DNA of 40,937 bases from Gemmataceae bacterium (GCA_035575035.1 DATLYH010000335.1:1-40937); one strand, 5' to 3'. Counted from the first letter of the stretch, positions 29,512 to 37,480 are shown. Numbers and translations: made by a program. Notes: generated from the letters alone by a model not told the origin.

Positions 29512-31446
29512 ATGATCTACTTTCCCTGTCCCTCTTGCCGCACGATGCTCTGCGCTCCGAAGGAGTGCGTCGGGCGCCCCAGCAAATGCCGTTGGTGTGG
29601 CCACCCGGTTACCATACCGCCCGGCATGCCGCCTGCGAATGCCCCCCAGCAACCCGAGTCGCGGATGCCGGTCCTCCTCAGTGCGCTGGCCGCCTTCGCC
29701 CTGGCTGTTTGCATCGCTGGCGGCCTACTGGGATTGTTTATCTTCCATCATTATTGGAACCCGGGGGCCGGGGATGACGGGGGCGCTGACGCGCCACCGC
29801 AACTGGTATTTCAAACCGAAGAAGGGCCGAGGGAGCGGCTCGCTGCTGTGTCCCACCCGAAGCTTGCTCCTCCGCTTGAGCACCGTTCGGCCCTGGACAA
29901 GGATCGGGACCAGCGCCCGATCGAAGAAGAGTTGATTGCCCCTCCCCCCGCGAAGGAAGCGCCGCCGAGAATTGGGGAGTTGCTACTTCCGCCGAAGGAG
30001 GTGCCCCCACCTCGGACAGAGGAACCCCCACCCTCTCTGCGCAAACAACCGCCGCCGTCCGGGCCAGCGCCGGTGCCTTCGGACCTGCTCGCGGCCCAAC
30101 CGCCGAAACCCCCGGCGTCCCTGCCCGCCCCTGCATCCCCGCCGCGGCGACCGGTGGTTGTCAAACGCCGGAAGGAAACGTCGGACGAGGACCTTCGCAA
30201 ACAGTTGCTGAGGGTGCCCGAGGCTGGGCTGGACCAGATCAACGCCGCCTTCCTCTACGCCCCCCTGCTCCCGTCCCAGCAGCGCCGCGGGCAGCCGTCG
30301 CCACTACCACCGCCCGACTACGGCCGACGATACTTGACAAAGCGGGCAAGGGACCTGAAGCAGGTCGAGCTGGCCTATCTCCCGTGGCGGAAGGAACCCG
30401 ATTGTCAGCTGGGCAAGGAATCGGCCGACCGCCTCCATGTCCTGTCACTCTACTTGCGGAATTGCCTGCGGGCGTCCACACCCGGGGGAGACATCCGTCC
30501 GGACCCGGATCGGCTCCGCAACCTGCTCTTGCAGGATAGCCTGTCTGGAGGGTTCAGTCCGTTACAGAGGCCCGGGCTGGGCGAAATCAAGCCGTCCGAG
30601 TGGCGGCAGCCGGGGGCGGTCCCGGTCCTGGTGCAGTTGCTCCAGCACGAGAACACGCCGATCCGCCTGCTCCTGGTGGAGCTGCTCTCCCAAATCGAGG
30701 GCAAGGAGGCGAGCGTGGCGCTGGCGCAGCGGGCGCTCTTTGACCTTTCCCCCGAGGTGCGGGAAAAGGCCGTGCGGGCCCTCGGCGACCGCCCGGCGGC
30801 CGAGTATCGGCACGTGTTGTTGAACGGTTTCCGCTACCCCTGGCCGCCGGTGGCCGACCATGCTGCTGAAGCGGTGGCAGCACTTGAAGACCGCGATACC
30901 CTCCCCGCCCTGATCGATCTGCTGGCTGAACCGGACCCTCGGCGGCCGATCGCCGTCAAGGACGGGGACCGGGAGGTACTCTTCACGCGAGAACTCGTCC
31001 GCATCAACCACCTGAGCAACTGCATGATCTGCCATGCCCCATCCTTCTCCCGGGACGATCTGGTCCGCGGACGCGTCCCCATCCCGGGCGAGGACCCGCC
31101 CCCGCTGTACTACGCGGAGACCTCGGGACTGTTCGTCCGAGCCGATATAACCTACCTGCGGCAAGATTTCTCCGTTGTCCAACCGGTGACCAATTCCGGG
31201 AAATGGCCGGGCAACCAGCGGTTCGACTACCTGATCCGCACTCGCCCGCTCACAGGCGGCGAGTGGACGCACTTCGAACAGCGCCAGAAAGAGAAGCCGG
31301 GGCCGAACACCTACGAGCAGCGCGAAGCCTTGCTCTTTGCCATCCGGGAACTGACCGGCAAGGACCTGGGCTCCTCTTATGAAGACTGGAAAGGACTCTT
31401 GAAGCCCAAAGTGGTAAAGGAAGAGGACCGCCAGAAAGACGACTGA
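29512..31446 (+). CDS. zinc-ribbon / single-TM / Pro-rich / HEAT-repeat protein with C-terminal CxxCH heme-binding-like motif
   Basis: N-terminus MIYFPCPSCRTMLCAP...CRWCGHPV (double CxxC). TM helix VLLSALAAFALAVCIAGGLLGLFIF. An extended PPxP region. HEAT-like repeats (PVLVQLLQHENTPIRLLLVELLSQ...EVREKAVRALGD...AEAVAALEDRDTLPALIDLL). Then NCMICH near the C-terminal domain. Confidence 0.5.
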   Translation: MIYFPCPSCRTMLCAPKECVGRPSKCRWCGHPVTIPPGMPPANAPQQPESRMPVLLSALAAFALAVCIAGGLLGLFIFHHYWNPGAGDDGGADAPPQLVFQTEEGPRERLAAVSHPKLAPPLEHRSALDKDRDQRPIEEELIAPPPAKEAPPRIGELLLPPKEVPPPRTEEPPPSLRKQPPPSGPAPVPSDLLAAQPPKPPASLPAPASPPRRPVVVKRRKETSDEDLRKQLLRVPEAGLDQINAAFLYAPLLPSQQRRGQPSPLPPPDYGRRYLTKRARDLKQVELAYLPWRKEPDCQLGKESADRLHVLSLYLRNCLRASTPGGDIRPDPDRLRNLLLQDSLSGGFSPLQRPGLGEIKPSEWRQPGAVPVLVQLLQHENTPIRLLLVELLSQIEGKEASVALAQRALFDLSPEVREKAVRALGDRPAAEYRHVLLNGFRYPWPPVADHAAEAVAALEDRDTLPALIDLLAEPDPRRPIAVKDGDREVLFTRELVRINHLSNCMICHAPSFSRDDLVRGRVPIPGEDPPPLYYAETSGLFVRADITYLRQDFSVVQPVTNSGKWPGNQRFDYLIRTRPLTGGEWTHFEQRQKEKPGPNTYEQREALLFAIRELTGKDLGSSYEDWKGLLKPKVVKEEDRQKDD

Positions 31447-31799
31447 TCTAATGCGCTGGGGCGAGGTGGCTTGTTGTTCCAAGAGATCCCTCCACGAAGC
31501 CGACCGCAGGGTTCCTCCACCTTGGAAGAAAACCTGTACATTCCGGGAAAAGGGTAACGCCGATGGCTGGCTGACGACAGCCGGGTAGACGAGCGGACTT
31601 CTCGCGCCCGATGGTCTCTGCCAGGCACACCATCCTGACGCGGCGAGCCAGCCGTGTCCGTGGCGCAACTGCCGGCCGATCGGGCCGCCTGGGGCCGCAA
31701 GGCGTTGCAGCGGGCCTGCCTGGGTGAGGAAGAGCAGGCGGCGACAGGGGCGGTCCAGAGTGGCAATTGCACTGCCCGGCCCGGGGCTTGCTCCGCAGA

Positions 31800-31909
31800 G
31801 TAGCTTGATGTTGGGCTTCCCACGGAAAGTACAGAGGTTTCTCCACTACACGTGGCTTCACTCTCATGCCATGTAGCTTGATGTTGGGCTTCCCACGGAA
31901 AGTACAGAG
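31800..31909. repeat. two copies of a 37-bp direct repeat (GTAGCTTGATGTTGGGCTTCCCACGGAAAGTACAGAG) separated by a 36-bp unique spacer, upstream of the adh promoter
   Basis: Copies at 31800-31836 and 31873-31909, exact. Each contains a small CTTCC-cac-GGAAG hairpin. Confidence 0.85.
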
Positions 31910-32023
31910 AAGAAGCTAGAGAAGATAACGTAGGAGGGGCGGAATTGGGTGGTGTCGCGGTTTCTTGCTCTTGTTCATCCTCTCTTCCCTCTTCGCTGTG
32001 TTCTCTGTGTTCTCTGTGGTTCA

Positions 32024-32029
32024 TATAAT
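32024..32029 (+). promoter_or_regulatory. -10 box TATAAT about 19 nt upstream of the adh start, preceded by tandem TGTGTTCTC 9-mers
   Basis: CTGTGTTCTCTGTGTTCTCTGTGGTTCATATAATTTTTGAGG read directly. Confidence 0.4.
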
Positions 32030-32047
32030 TTTTGAGGCCCTTGCAAG

Positions 32048-33244
32048 ATGGTGGCAACTGCGATGGCGATAGCAGAGAAGAGACTGGGCCTCGGCTCGCT
32101 GACCGGCTTCGACTTCCACGCGCCGACGCGGGTGATCTTCGGGGCCGGTTCGCTGGCCCGGCTGGGCGAGGTGGCCTGCGACCTGGGCGAGTCGCGCGTG
32201 CTGCTGGTCACCGATCCCGGGCTGGAGGCGGCCGGCCATCCGCAGCGAGCGGCAGCTTCCCTGCGCGAAGCGGGCCTGGAGGTCTTCATCTTTGACGGGG
32301 TGGAGGAGAACCCGACCAACCGCCATGTCGAGGCCGGCGTGGCGTTCGCCCGGCCACTCGGCATCGACCTGATCGTCAGCGTCGGCGGCGGCAGCGCCAT
32401 GGACTGCGCCAAGGGGATCAACTTCCTCCTGACCAACGGCGGCACCATGGCCGACTACAAGGGCTTCGGCAAGGCGCGCAAGCCGATGCTGCCGTCAATC
32501 GGTGTGCCGACCACCGCCGGCACCGGCAGCGAGGCGCAGTCATACGCCCTGATTGCCGACGAGCGCAGCCATATGAAGATGGCTTGCGGCGACCGCAAAG
32601 CCGCTTTCCACGTCGCCATCCTCGATCCCGAGGTGACCGTGTCGCAGCCGCCGCGCGTCACCGCCCTGACCGGCATTGATGCCCTGTCGCACGCCGTCGA
32701 GTCGTATGTCACTACCAAGCGCAATCCGGTGTCGCAGATGTTCGCCCGGGAGGCCTGGCAACTCCTGGAGGCGAACTTCGCCAAGGTGCTCCGCGATCCC
32801 AACGACCTCGACGCCCGCGGAGCCATGCAGATGGGGGCATTTCTGGCCGGCACCGCCATCGAGAACTCGATGCTCGGCGCCACTCACGCCTGCGCCAATC
32901 CGCTAACCGCCCACTACGGACTGACGCACGGCCTGGCGGTCGGCCTGATGTTGCCACACGTGGTCCGCTTCAATGCTGCCGTGGTTGGCCCGCTCTACGC
33001 CGAGCTAATGGAGCAGGCTGGGCTGCTCAACGGCGAGCCGGGAGTGGCCGGCGAGTTGCTGGCCGGGCGATTAGAGGAATTGATGCAGGCCACCGGTCTG
33101 CCGACCCGGCTGAGGGACTTGGGCGTTAGCCGAGGCATTCTGCCGGTGCTGGCCGAGGAGGCGGCGCAGCAGTGGACCGCCCGCTTCAATCCGCGCCCCG
33201 TGACCGAGGCCGACCTGCTACGGCTATACGAGGCGGCGTTCTAA
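32048..33244 (+). CDS. iron-containing (group III) alcohol dehydrogenase
   Basis: GGGSAMDCAKG glycine-rich NAD(P) motif, IGVPTTAGTGSE, and metal-binding His residues in the ALSHAVES and THGLAVG contexts. 398 aa. Confidence 0.9.
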   Translation: MVATAMAIAEKRLGLGSLTGFDFHAPTRVIFGAGSLARLGEVACDLGESRVLLVTDPGLEAAGHPQRAAASLREAGLEVFIFDGVEENPTNRHVEAGVAFARPLGIDLIVSVGGGSAMDCAKGINFLLTNGGTMADYKGFGKARKPMLPSIGVPTTAGTGSEAQSYALIADERSHMKMACGDRKAAFHVAILDPEVTVSQPPRVTALTGIDALSHAVESYVTTKRNPVSQMFAREAWQLLEANFAKVLRDPNDLDARGAMQMGAFLAGTAIENSMLGATHACANPLTAHYGLTHGLAVGLMLPHVVRFNAAVVGPLYAELMEQAGLLNGEPGVAGELLAGRLEELMQATGLPTRLRDLGVSRGILPVLAEEAAQQWTARFNPRPVTEADLLRLYEAAF

Positions 33245-33257
33245 CCGCGAGCCACTG

Positions 33258-33298
33258 GCGGCTAAGCCGCAAGCGGCTTAGCCGCTTGCGGCTTAGCG
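33258..33298. repeat. REP-like compound palindrome (GCTAAGCCGCAAGC / GCTTGCGGCTTAGC), same family as 6784..6836 and 25869..25888
   Basis: GGCGGCTAAGCCGCAAGCGGCTTAGCCGCTTGCGGCTTAGCG lies immediately after the adh stop. Confidence 0.75.
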
Positions 33299-33322
33299 AT
33301 TAGACGAACGGAGGTTTCCGAC

Positions 33323-34447
33323 ATGACATCCACGCACTGGTGCAGGCTTCCTGCACTGGTCCTGGTCCTGTTTGTCCTGTCGTTGCCGGCGGCTGACGAC
33401 AAACCTTCCGCCGACTGGCCGATGGTGCGCGGCAACCCCCTGCAAAACGGCGTCGCCGGCACTGACCTGCCCCAGGAGCTGCAGCTGCGCTGGAAGTTCG
33501 AGACCAAGGACGCCATCGAGGGGACGGCGGCCATCGTGGGCGACACAGTCTACGTCGGCTCGTTTGACCAACATCTCTATGCCCTCGACCTGGCCAGCGG
33601 CAAGGAAAAGTGGAAGTACAAAGGGGGGCCGTTCCGCGCCTCGCCGAGCGTCCGGGGCGGGTTGGTTTATGTCGGCGACGGCGACGGTACCTTCCACTGT
33701 GTGGAGGCGGCCACCGGCAAGAAGCGCTGGACGTTCGCGACCAAGGCCGAGATCATGTCGGGGGCCAACTTTGCCGGCGATGCGGTCCTGTTCGGCTCCA
33801 GTGACGAACACCTTTACTGCCTGTCCGGCGACGGTAAGCTGCGCTGGAAGTTCCAGGTGCCCGGCGGCCCGGTACTCGGCTCGCCCGCAGTGGTGGACGG
33901 ACGGACCTTCGTGGCCGGCTGCGACAGCGCCCTGCACGTGCTTGACGCCGCCAAGGGGACCGAGCTGAAGTCAGTCGAGCTGAGCGGCCAGGTGGGGGCG
34001 AGCGTGGCGGTGGCCGGCGACCGGCTCTACGTCGGCACCATGACCAACCAGGTGCAGGCCATCGACTGGAAGGCGGGGAAGGTCCTCTGGACGTTCGAAG
34101 CGAAGAAGCAGCGACAGCCGTTCTACGCCTCCGCGGCGGTGACCGAGCAGTTGGTGATCATTGGCAGCCGGGACCGGCGCGTCTACGCCCTGGACCGCAC
34201 GAAGGGGACCGAAGTCTGGAGCTTCCTAACCGGCAACCGGGTGGACAGCTCGCCGGTGGTCGCCGGTCAGCGCGTCTTCGTCGGATCGTTCGACGGCAAG
34301 CTGTACGTGCTCGATCTGGAAAAGGGGACGGAATTGCAGAGGTTCGACCTCGGCAGCGCGATCATCGCCTCACCGGCGGTGGGCCGGGGCTGCCTGGTGA
34401 TCGGCACGGAGAAAGGTGTGGTGTACTGCTTCGGAACGAAGCAGTAG
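33323..34447 (+). CDS. secreted PQQ-like beta-propeller repeat protein (BamB/YfgL-like fold)
   Basis: Signal peptide, then repeated ...VYVGS.DG.LYALD...G...W blades (VYVGSFDQHLYALDLASGKEKWKY, VYVGDGDGTFHCVEAATGKKRWTF, and others). GGAGG SD. Confidence 0.75.
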   Translation: MTSTHWCRLPALVLVLFVLSLPAADDKPSADWPMVRGNPLQNGVAGTDLPQELQLRWKFETKDAIEGTAAIVGDTVYVGSFDQHLYALDLASGKEKWKYKGGPFRASPSVRGGLVYVGDGDGTFHCVEAATGKKRWTFATKAEIMSGANFAGDAVLFGSSDEHLYCLSGDGKLRWKFQVPGGPVLGSPAVVDGRTFVAGCDSALHVLDAAKGTELKSVELSGQVGASVAVAGDRLYVGTMTNQVQAIDWKAGKVLWTFEAKKQRQPFYASAAVTEQLVIIGSRDRRVYALDRTKGTEVWSFLTGNRVDSSPVVAGQRVFVGSFDGKLYVLDLEKGTELQRFDLGSAIIASPAVGRGCLVIGTEKGVVYCFGTKQ

Positions 34448-34470
34448 CCCGGCGGAGGGAGGTCTGCATC

Positions 34471-35859
34471 ATGGCGACCGTCGAGACGACCCAGGAAAAG
34501 ACTGGCCTCGGCAATTACTTCGTGGCCAACTACCCGCCCTTCTCCTTCTGGAAGCCGGCCCATCTCCCCGCCGCGCATGCCGCCCTCCAGTCGGCGCCGA
34601 AGCCCGACACGCCGCTTGGGCTGTACCTGCACATTCCGTTTTGCCGGAAGCGGTGCAAGTTCTGCTATTTCCGCGTCTACACCGACAAGAATGCCCGCGA
34701 TGTGGAGACCTATACCGAGGCGCTAATCAAGGAAGTCGAGCTGTACAGCCGGCTGCCGGCCGTGGGCGGTCGGCCCTTGCACTATGTCTACTTTGGCGGC
34801 GGCACGCCGTCGTACCTGAGCGCGACGCAGCTTCGCGGGTTGATGACCCGGCTACAAGCGATCATGCCGTGGGATCAGGCGGAGGAGGTGACTTTCGAGT
34901 GCGAGCCGGGCACCCTCCAGCTGCACAAGTTGGAAACGCTTAAGGAAATGGGGGTCACTCGGCTGAGTCTCGGCATCGAGAACTTCGACCCGAAGATCCT
35001 GGAGTTCAACGGACGGGCCCATCTGGAGGAAGAGATCTACCGGGCGATGGACTGGGCCCGGCAGGTTGGCTTTGACCAGATCAACATCGACCTGATCGCC
35101 GGCATGGTCGGTGAGAGTTGGGACAACTGGCGCGAGTGCGTCCGCAAGACGCTGGCGCTGGCCCCCGACAGTGTTACCATCTATCAGATGGAGTTGCCCT
35201 ACAACACCATCTTCTCGAAGGAACTGCTTGGGAAAGATGAAGGCAGAAGGATGAAGGATGAAAAAAGACCCGGCGACGGTTCTTCCCTGCATCCTCCCTC
35301 TTTTATCCTTCATCCGTTCCAGGTTGCCGACTGGCCGACCAAGCGGGCCTGGGTCAGCTACGCCTTTGACGAGTTCCTCAAGGCCGGCTACGAGATCTCC
35401 AGCGCCTATACAGTGGTCAAGAGCCGCCAGCGCTGCCGCTTCGTTTACCGCGACAGTCTCTGGCACGGCGCCGACATGTTCGGCACCGGCGTCGCCTCGT
35501 TCGGCCATGTTAATGGCGTCCATATCCAGAACGTGGACCAGTGGGAGCCGTACATCGGCCTGCTTCAGAAGGGGGAATTGCCGCTGGGCCGCGCGCTGCC
35601 GGTCGGCCCGCGCGAACTCCTCATCCGCGAGATGATCTTGCAGCTGAAGACAGGCCAGCTCGACGCCGCCTACTTCCGGCGGAAGTTCGGCGTGGATATA
35701 CTACAGACTTTTGCGGAGGGCTTCGGCCGGCTGGCCGAGGAAGGGTATCTGACCGTGGGCGAAGATGGCGTGGAACTGACCCGTCAGGGGTTGTTGCAGG
35801 TGGACCGCCTGCTGCCGACCTTCTTCGAGCCAGAGCACCGGGGGACGCGCTACACCTGA
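34471..35859 (+). CDS. radical SAM enzyme of the HemN/HemW (oxygen-independent coproporphyrinogen-III oxidase-like) family, carrying an in-frame ~27-aa insertion
   Basis: CRKRCKFCYF (CxxxCxxC), GGGTPSYL, and HemN-like distal motifs (LSLGIENFDPKIL, QINIDLIAGM). A HemN_C-like C-terminal domain is present. See the repeat at 35236..35316 for the insertion. Confidence 0.8.
   Translation: MATVETTQEKTGLGNYFVANYPPFSFWKPAHLPAAHAALQSAPKPDTPLGLYLHIPFCRKRCKFCYFRVYTDKNARDVETYTEALIKEVELYSRLPAVGGRPLHYVYFGGGTPSYLSATQLRGLMTRLQAIMPWDQAEEVTFECEPGTLQLHKLETLKEMGVTRLSLGIENFDPKILEFNGRAHLEEEIYRAMDWARQVGFDQINIDLIAGMVGESWDNWRECVRKTLALAPDSVTIYQMELPYNTIFSKELLGKDEGRRMKDEKRPGDGSSLHPPSFILHPFQVADWPTKRAWVSYAFDEFLKAGYEISSAYTVVKSRQRCRFVYRDSLWHGADMFGTGVASFGHVNGVHIQNVDQWEPYIGLLQKGELPLGRALPVGPRELLIREMILQLKTGQLDAAYFRRKFGVDILQTFAEGFGRLAEEGYLTVGEDGVELTRQGLLQVDRLLPTFFEPEHRGTRYT
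35236..35316. repeat. 81-bp AT-rich, inverted-repeat-bounded insertion (MITE-like) lying in-frame inside the HemN-like CDS
   Basis: GATGAAGGCAGAAGGATGAAGGATGAAAAAAGA cccggcgacggttcttccctgcatcctccc TCTTTTATCCTTCATCC. The terminal inverted repeats GGATGAAGGATGAAAAAAGA and TCTTTTATCCTTCATCC flank a spacer. GC content is far below the flanking CDS. It encodes ...KDEGRRMKDEKRPGDGSSLHPPSFILHP... in a loop between conserved HemN motifs. Confidence 0.6.
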
Positions 35860-35862
35860 TCA

Positions 35863-35917
35863 GAGCCGCGAGCGTCAGCGAGCGTTGAGACGCCCCGCTC
35901 GCTGACGCTCGCGGCTC
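35863..35917 (+). other. perfect 22-bp-stem RNA hairpin in the 76-nt spacer between the HemN-like and gcvH-like genes (no U-tract)
   Basis: GAGCCGCGAGCGTCAGCGAGCG-ttgagacgccc-CGCTCGCTGACGCTCGCGGCTC. The stop of the upstream gene is at 35859 and the start of the downstream gene at 35936. Confidence 0.8.
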
Positions 35918-35935
35918 GGACACGGTCTGCACCGA

Positions 35936-36397
35936 ATGGACAATCTGACCTTTATGATGGGCAAGTTCCCGGCCGAGCTGCCGGGCGACCTGCTCTACGC
36001 GACCACCAACCACATGTGGTGCCGCCCGGTCGGGAGCCGCTACCGCTTCGGCTTTACCTCCTACGCCGTCCGCCTGATGCAGGATGTCTACTTCCTTGAC
36101 TGGGTGGTCAATGCCGGTGATACCGTGCATCACCTGCAACAGATTGGCCACATCGAAACATCCAAGGCGGTGGCCGACCTGTTCGCCCCGATGGCCGGGA
36201 CAATCGTGGCGTTCAACCGGGAGCTATTGAAGGACCCGTCGGCCATCAACGTCGATAAGTACGGGGCCGGCTGGCTGTTTGAGATGGAGGGGGACGCCCG
36301 CCACCTGAGGACCGCGGCCGAGTATCATCAGTTCCTGACCGACAACTGGGAAAAGACCCAGCGGCTGATCAAGGGCAAGATCAACCTCGAAGATTGA
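35936..36397 (+). CDS. glycine-cleavage-system H-protein-like lipoyl-carrier protein (stand-alone, not with gcvT/gcvP)
   Basis: H-protein fold motifs: YATTNHMW, YAV, IGHIETSKAVADLFAPMAGTIVAFN (lipoyl-Lys context), INVDKYGAGWLFEME. 153 aa. Confidence 0.75.
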   Translation: MDNLTFMMGKFPAELPGDLLYATTNHMWCRPVGSRYRFGFTSYAVRLMQDVYFLDWVVNAGDTVHHLQQIGHIETSKAVADLFAPMAGTIVAFNRELLKDPSAINVDKYGAGWLFEMEGDARHLRTAAEYHQFLTDNWEKTQRLIKGKINLED

Positions 36398-36406
36398 GAC
36401 CACCCC

Positions 36407-37480
36407 ATGAGCCGTCACCGCCTCACCGTCGTGCTGTCACAGGCCCCGGGCAAGAATCCGACCAAGCGGGCGCTGGAGGAAAGCATCGTCGCCGCCCTGA
36501 TCACCGAGCCGGGGTTGGATGTGTCGGTCGTTCCCTACCTCTACGACCTGGACGCCAACCATACCGGCCGACTGTTCCTGGAGTCGATCACCGGCGACAT
36601 GGTGGTGCTGGCCTGGATGTTTCCGCGGGCAGCGTTCTGGGTCCTGGACCGCGACGGCATCAAGGGACACTTCGGCGAGAGCCGCCTCAAGCCGCCCGCC
36701 GCCGATGATGACGAGGAAGACGGTGAGCCCGAGCCGCCCCGGGGCATTGGCTCTGTCAATGTGCCGGACCGGTACATTTACTGCCTCGACCTGCGCGACT
36801 TCGCCAGCCATGAGCCTTATGTCCAGGAAGTTCGGCGGATCGCCGAGGAGTGCCGGCAGCGGTACGAAGCGAAGCAGCGGGAGCGGGCCCAAGCCAACCC
36901 GCCGCTGGTGCAGCTGGGCCTCTCGGTGCGGGCCGACGAGCCCCCCTCACCCCCACCCCTCTCCCCCGCGGCGGGGGAGAGGGGGAGGGGTGAGGGGGCG
37001 CCGCATTTCAAGCCCGAGGATCTGCTGAAGCCGCCGGAGCGCCGCTGGTATCCGGTTATCGACTACAGCCGCTGCACCAATTGCATGGAGTGCATCGATT
37101 TTTGCCTGTTCGGCGTCTACGGCGTGGATCAATTCGACCGAATCTTCGTCGAGAATCAGGACAACTGCAAGCGCGGCTGTCCAGCGTGCAGCCGGGTCTG
37201 TCCCGAGCATGCCATCATGTTCCCCGACTACAAGACGCCGGCCATCGCGGGGGCGCCGGTCGGCGGCATCAGCGGGTTGAAGATCGACCTGACGAAGCTG
37301 TTCGGCGGCGATGACGCCATCAAGATCGCCGCCGCCGAGCGCGACCGCGAGCTGATCAAGGACGGCCGGCAGGCAGTCGGCCTGACGGTCGGCATCCCCA
37401 AGCGCCAGGCCGCCAAGCCGCAGCAGCCGAAGGATGATCTGGACAAGCTGGTGGACTCCCTGGACGCGCTGGATATTTGA
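36407..37480 (+). CDS. two-domain protein: N-terminal domain of unknown function + C-terminal 2x[4Fe-4S] ferredoxin-like domain; contains an in-frame GC-rich palindromic element in the linker
   Basis: CTNCMECIDFC (CxxCxxCxxxC) and CKRGCPACSRVCP (CxxxCxxCxxxCP). The linker ...ADEPPSPPPLSPAAGERGRGEGAP... is encoded by the palindrome at 36943-36998. Confidence 0.6.
   Translation: MSRHRLTVVLSQAPGKNPTKRALEESIVAALITEPGLDVSVVPYLYDLDANHTGRLFLESITGDMVVLAWMFPRAAFWVLDRDGIKGHFGESRLKPPAADDDEEDGEPEPPRGIGSVNVPDRYIYCLDLRDFASHEPYVQEVRRIAEECRQRYEAKQRERAQANPPLVQLGLSVRADEPPSPPPLSPAAGERGRGEGAPHFKPEDLLKPPERRWYPVIDYSRCTNCMECIDFCLFGVYGVDQFDRIFVENQDNCKRGCPACSRVCPEHAIMFPDYKTPAIAGAPVGGISGLKIDLTKLFGGDDAIKIAAAERDRELIKDGRQAVGLTVGIPKRQAAKPQQPKDDLDKLVDSLDALDI
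36943..36998. repeat. GC-rich palindromic element, copy A: CCCCTCACCCCCACCCCTCTCCCCC-gcggc-GGGGGAGAGGGGGAGGGGTGAGGGG. Four G-tracts give G-quadruplex potential. It lies in-frame inside a CDS.
   Basis: 25-nt arms are reverse complements with 2 mismatches. The right arm has a G5-N3-G5-N1-G4-N3-G5 pattern. Confidence 0.85.

Noticed and set aside
31460-31560. tmRNA/tRNA-like 3' end (GGTTCCTCCACC)
   Set aside because: Lacks T-loop consensus GGTTCGAnTCC, an acceptor stem and a CCA-adjacent structure. No tag reading frame is recognisable.
30562-31668. 368-aa minus-strand ORF and other minus ORFs inside 29512..31446
   Set aside because: Antisense to the HEAT/zinc-ribbon gene. Low-complexity translation.
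31800-31909. Possible CRISPR mini-array (two 37-bp repeats, one 36-bp spacer)
   Set aside because: Only two repeat copies and no cas genes in the window. The repeat lacks typical CRISPR terminal motifs. It is more consistent with a duplicated regulatory site upstream of the adh promoter.
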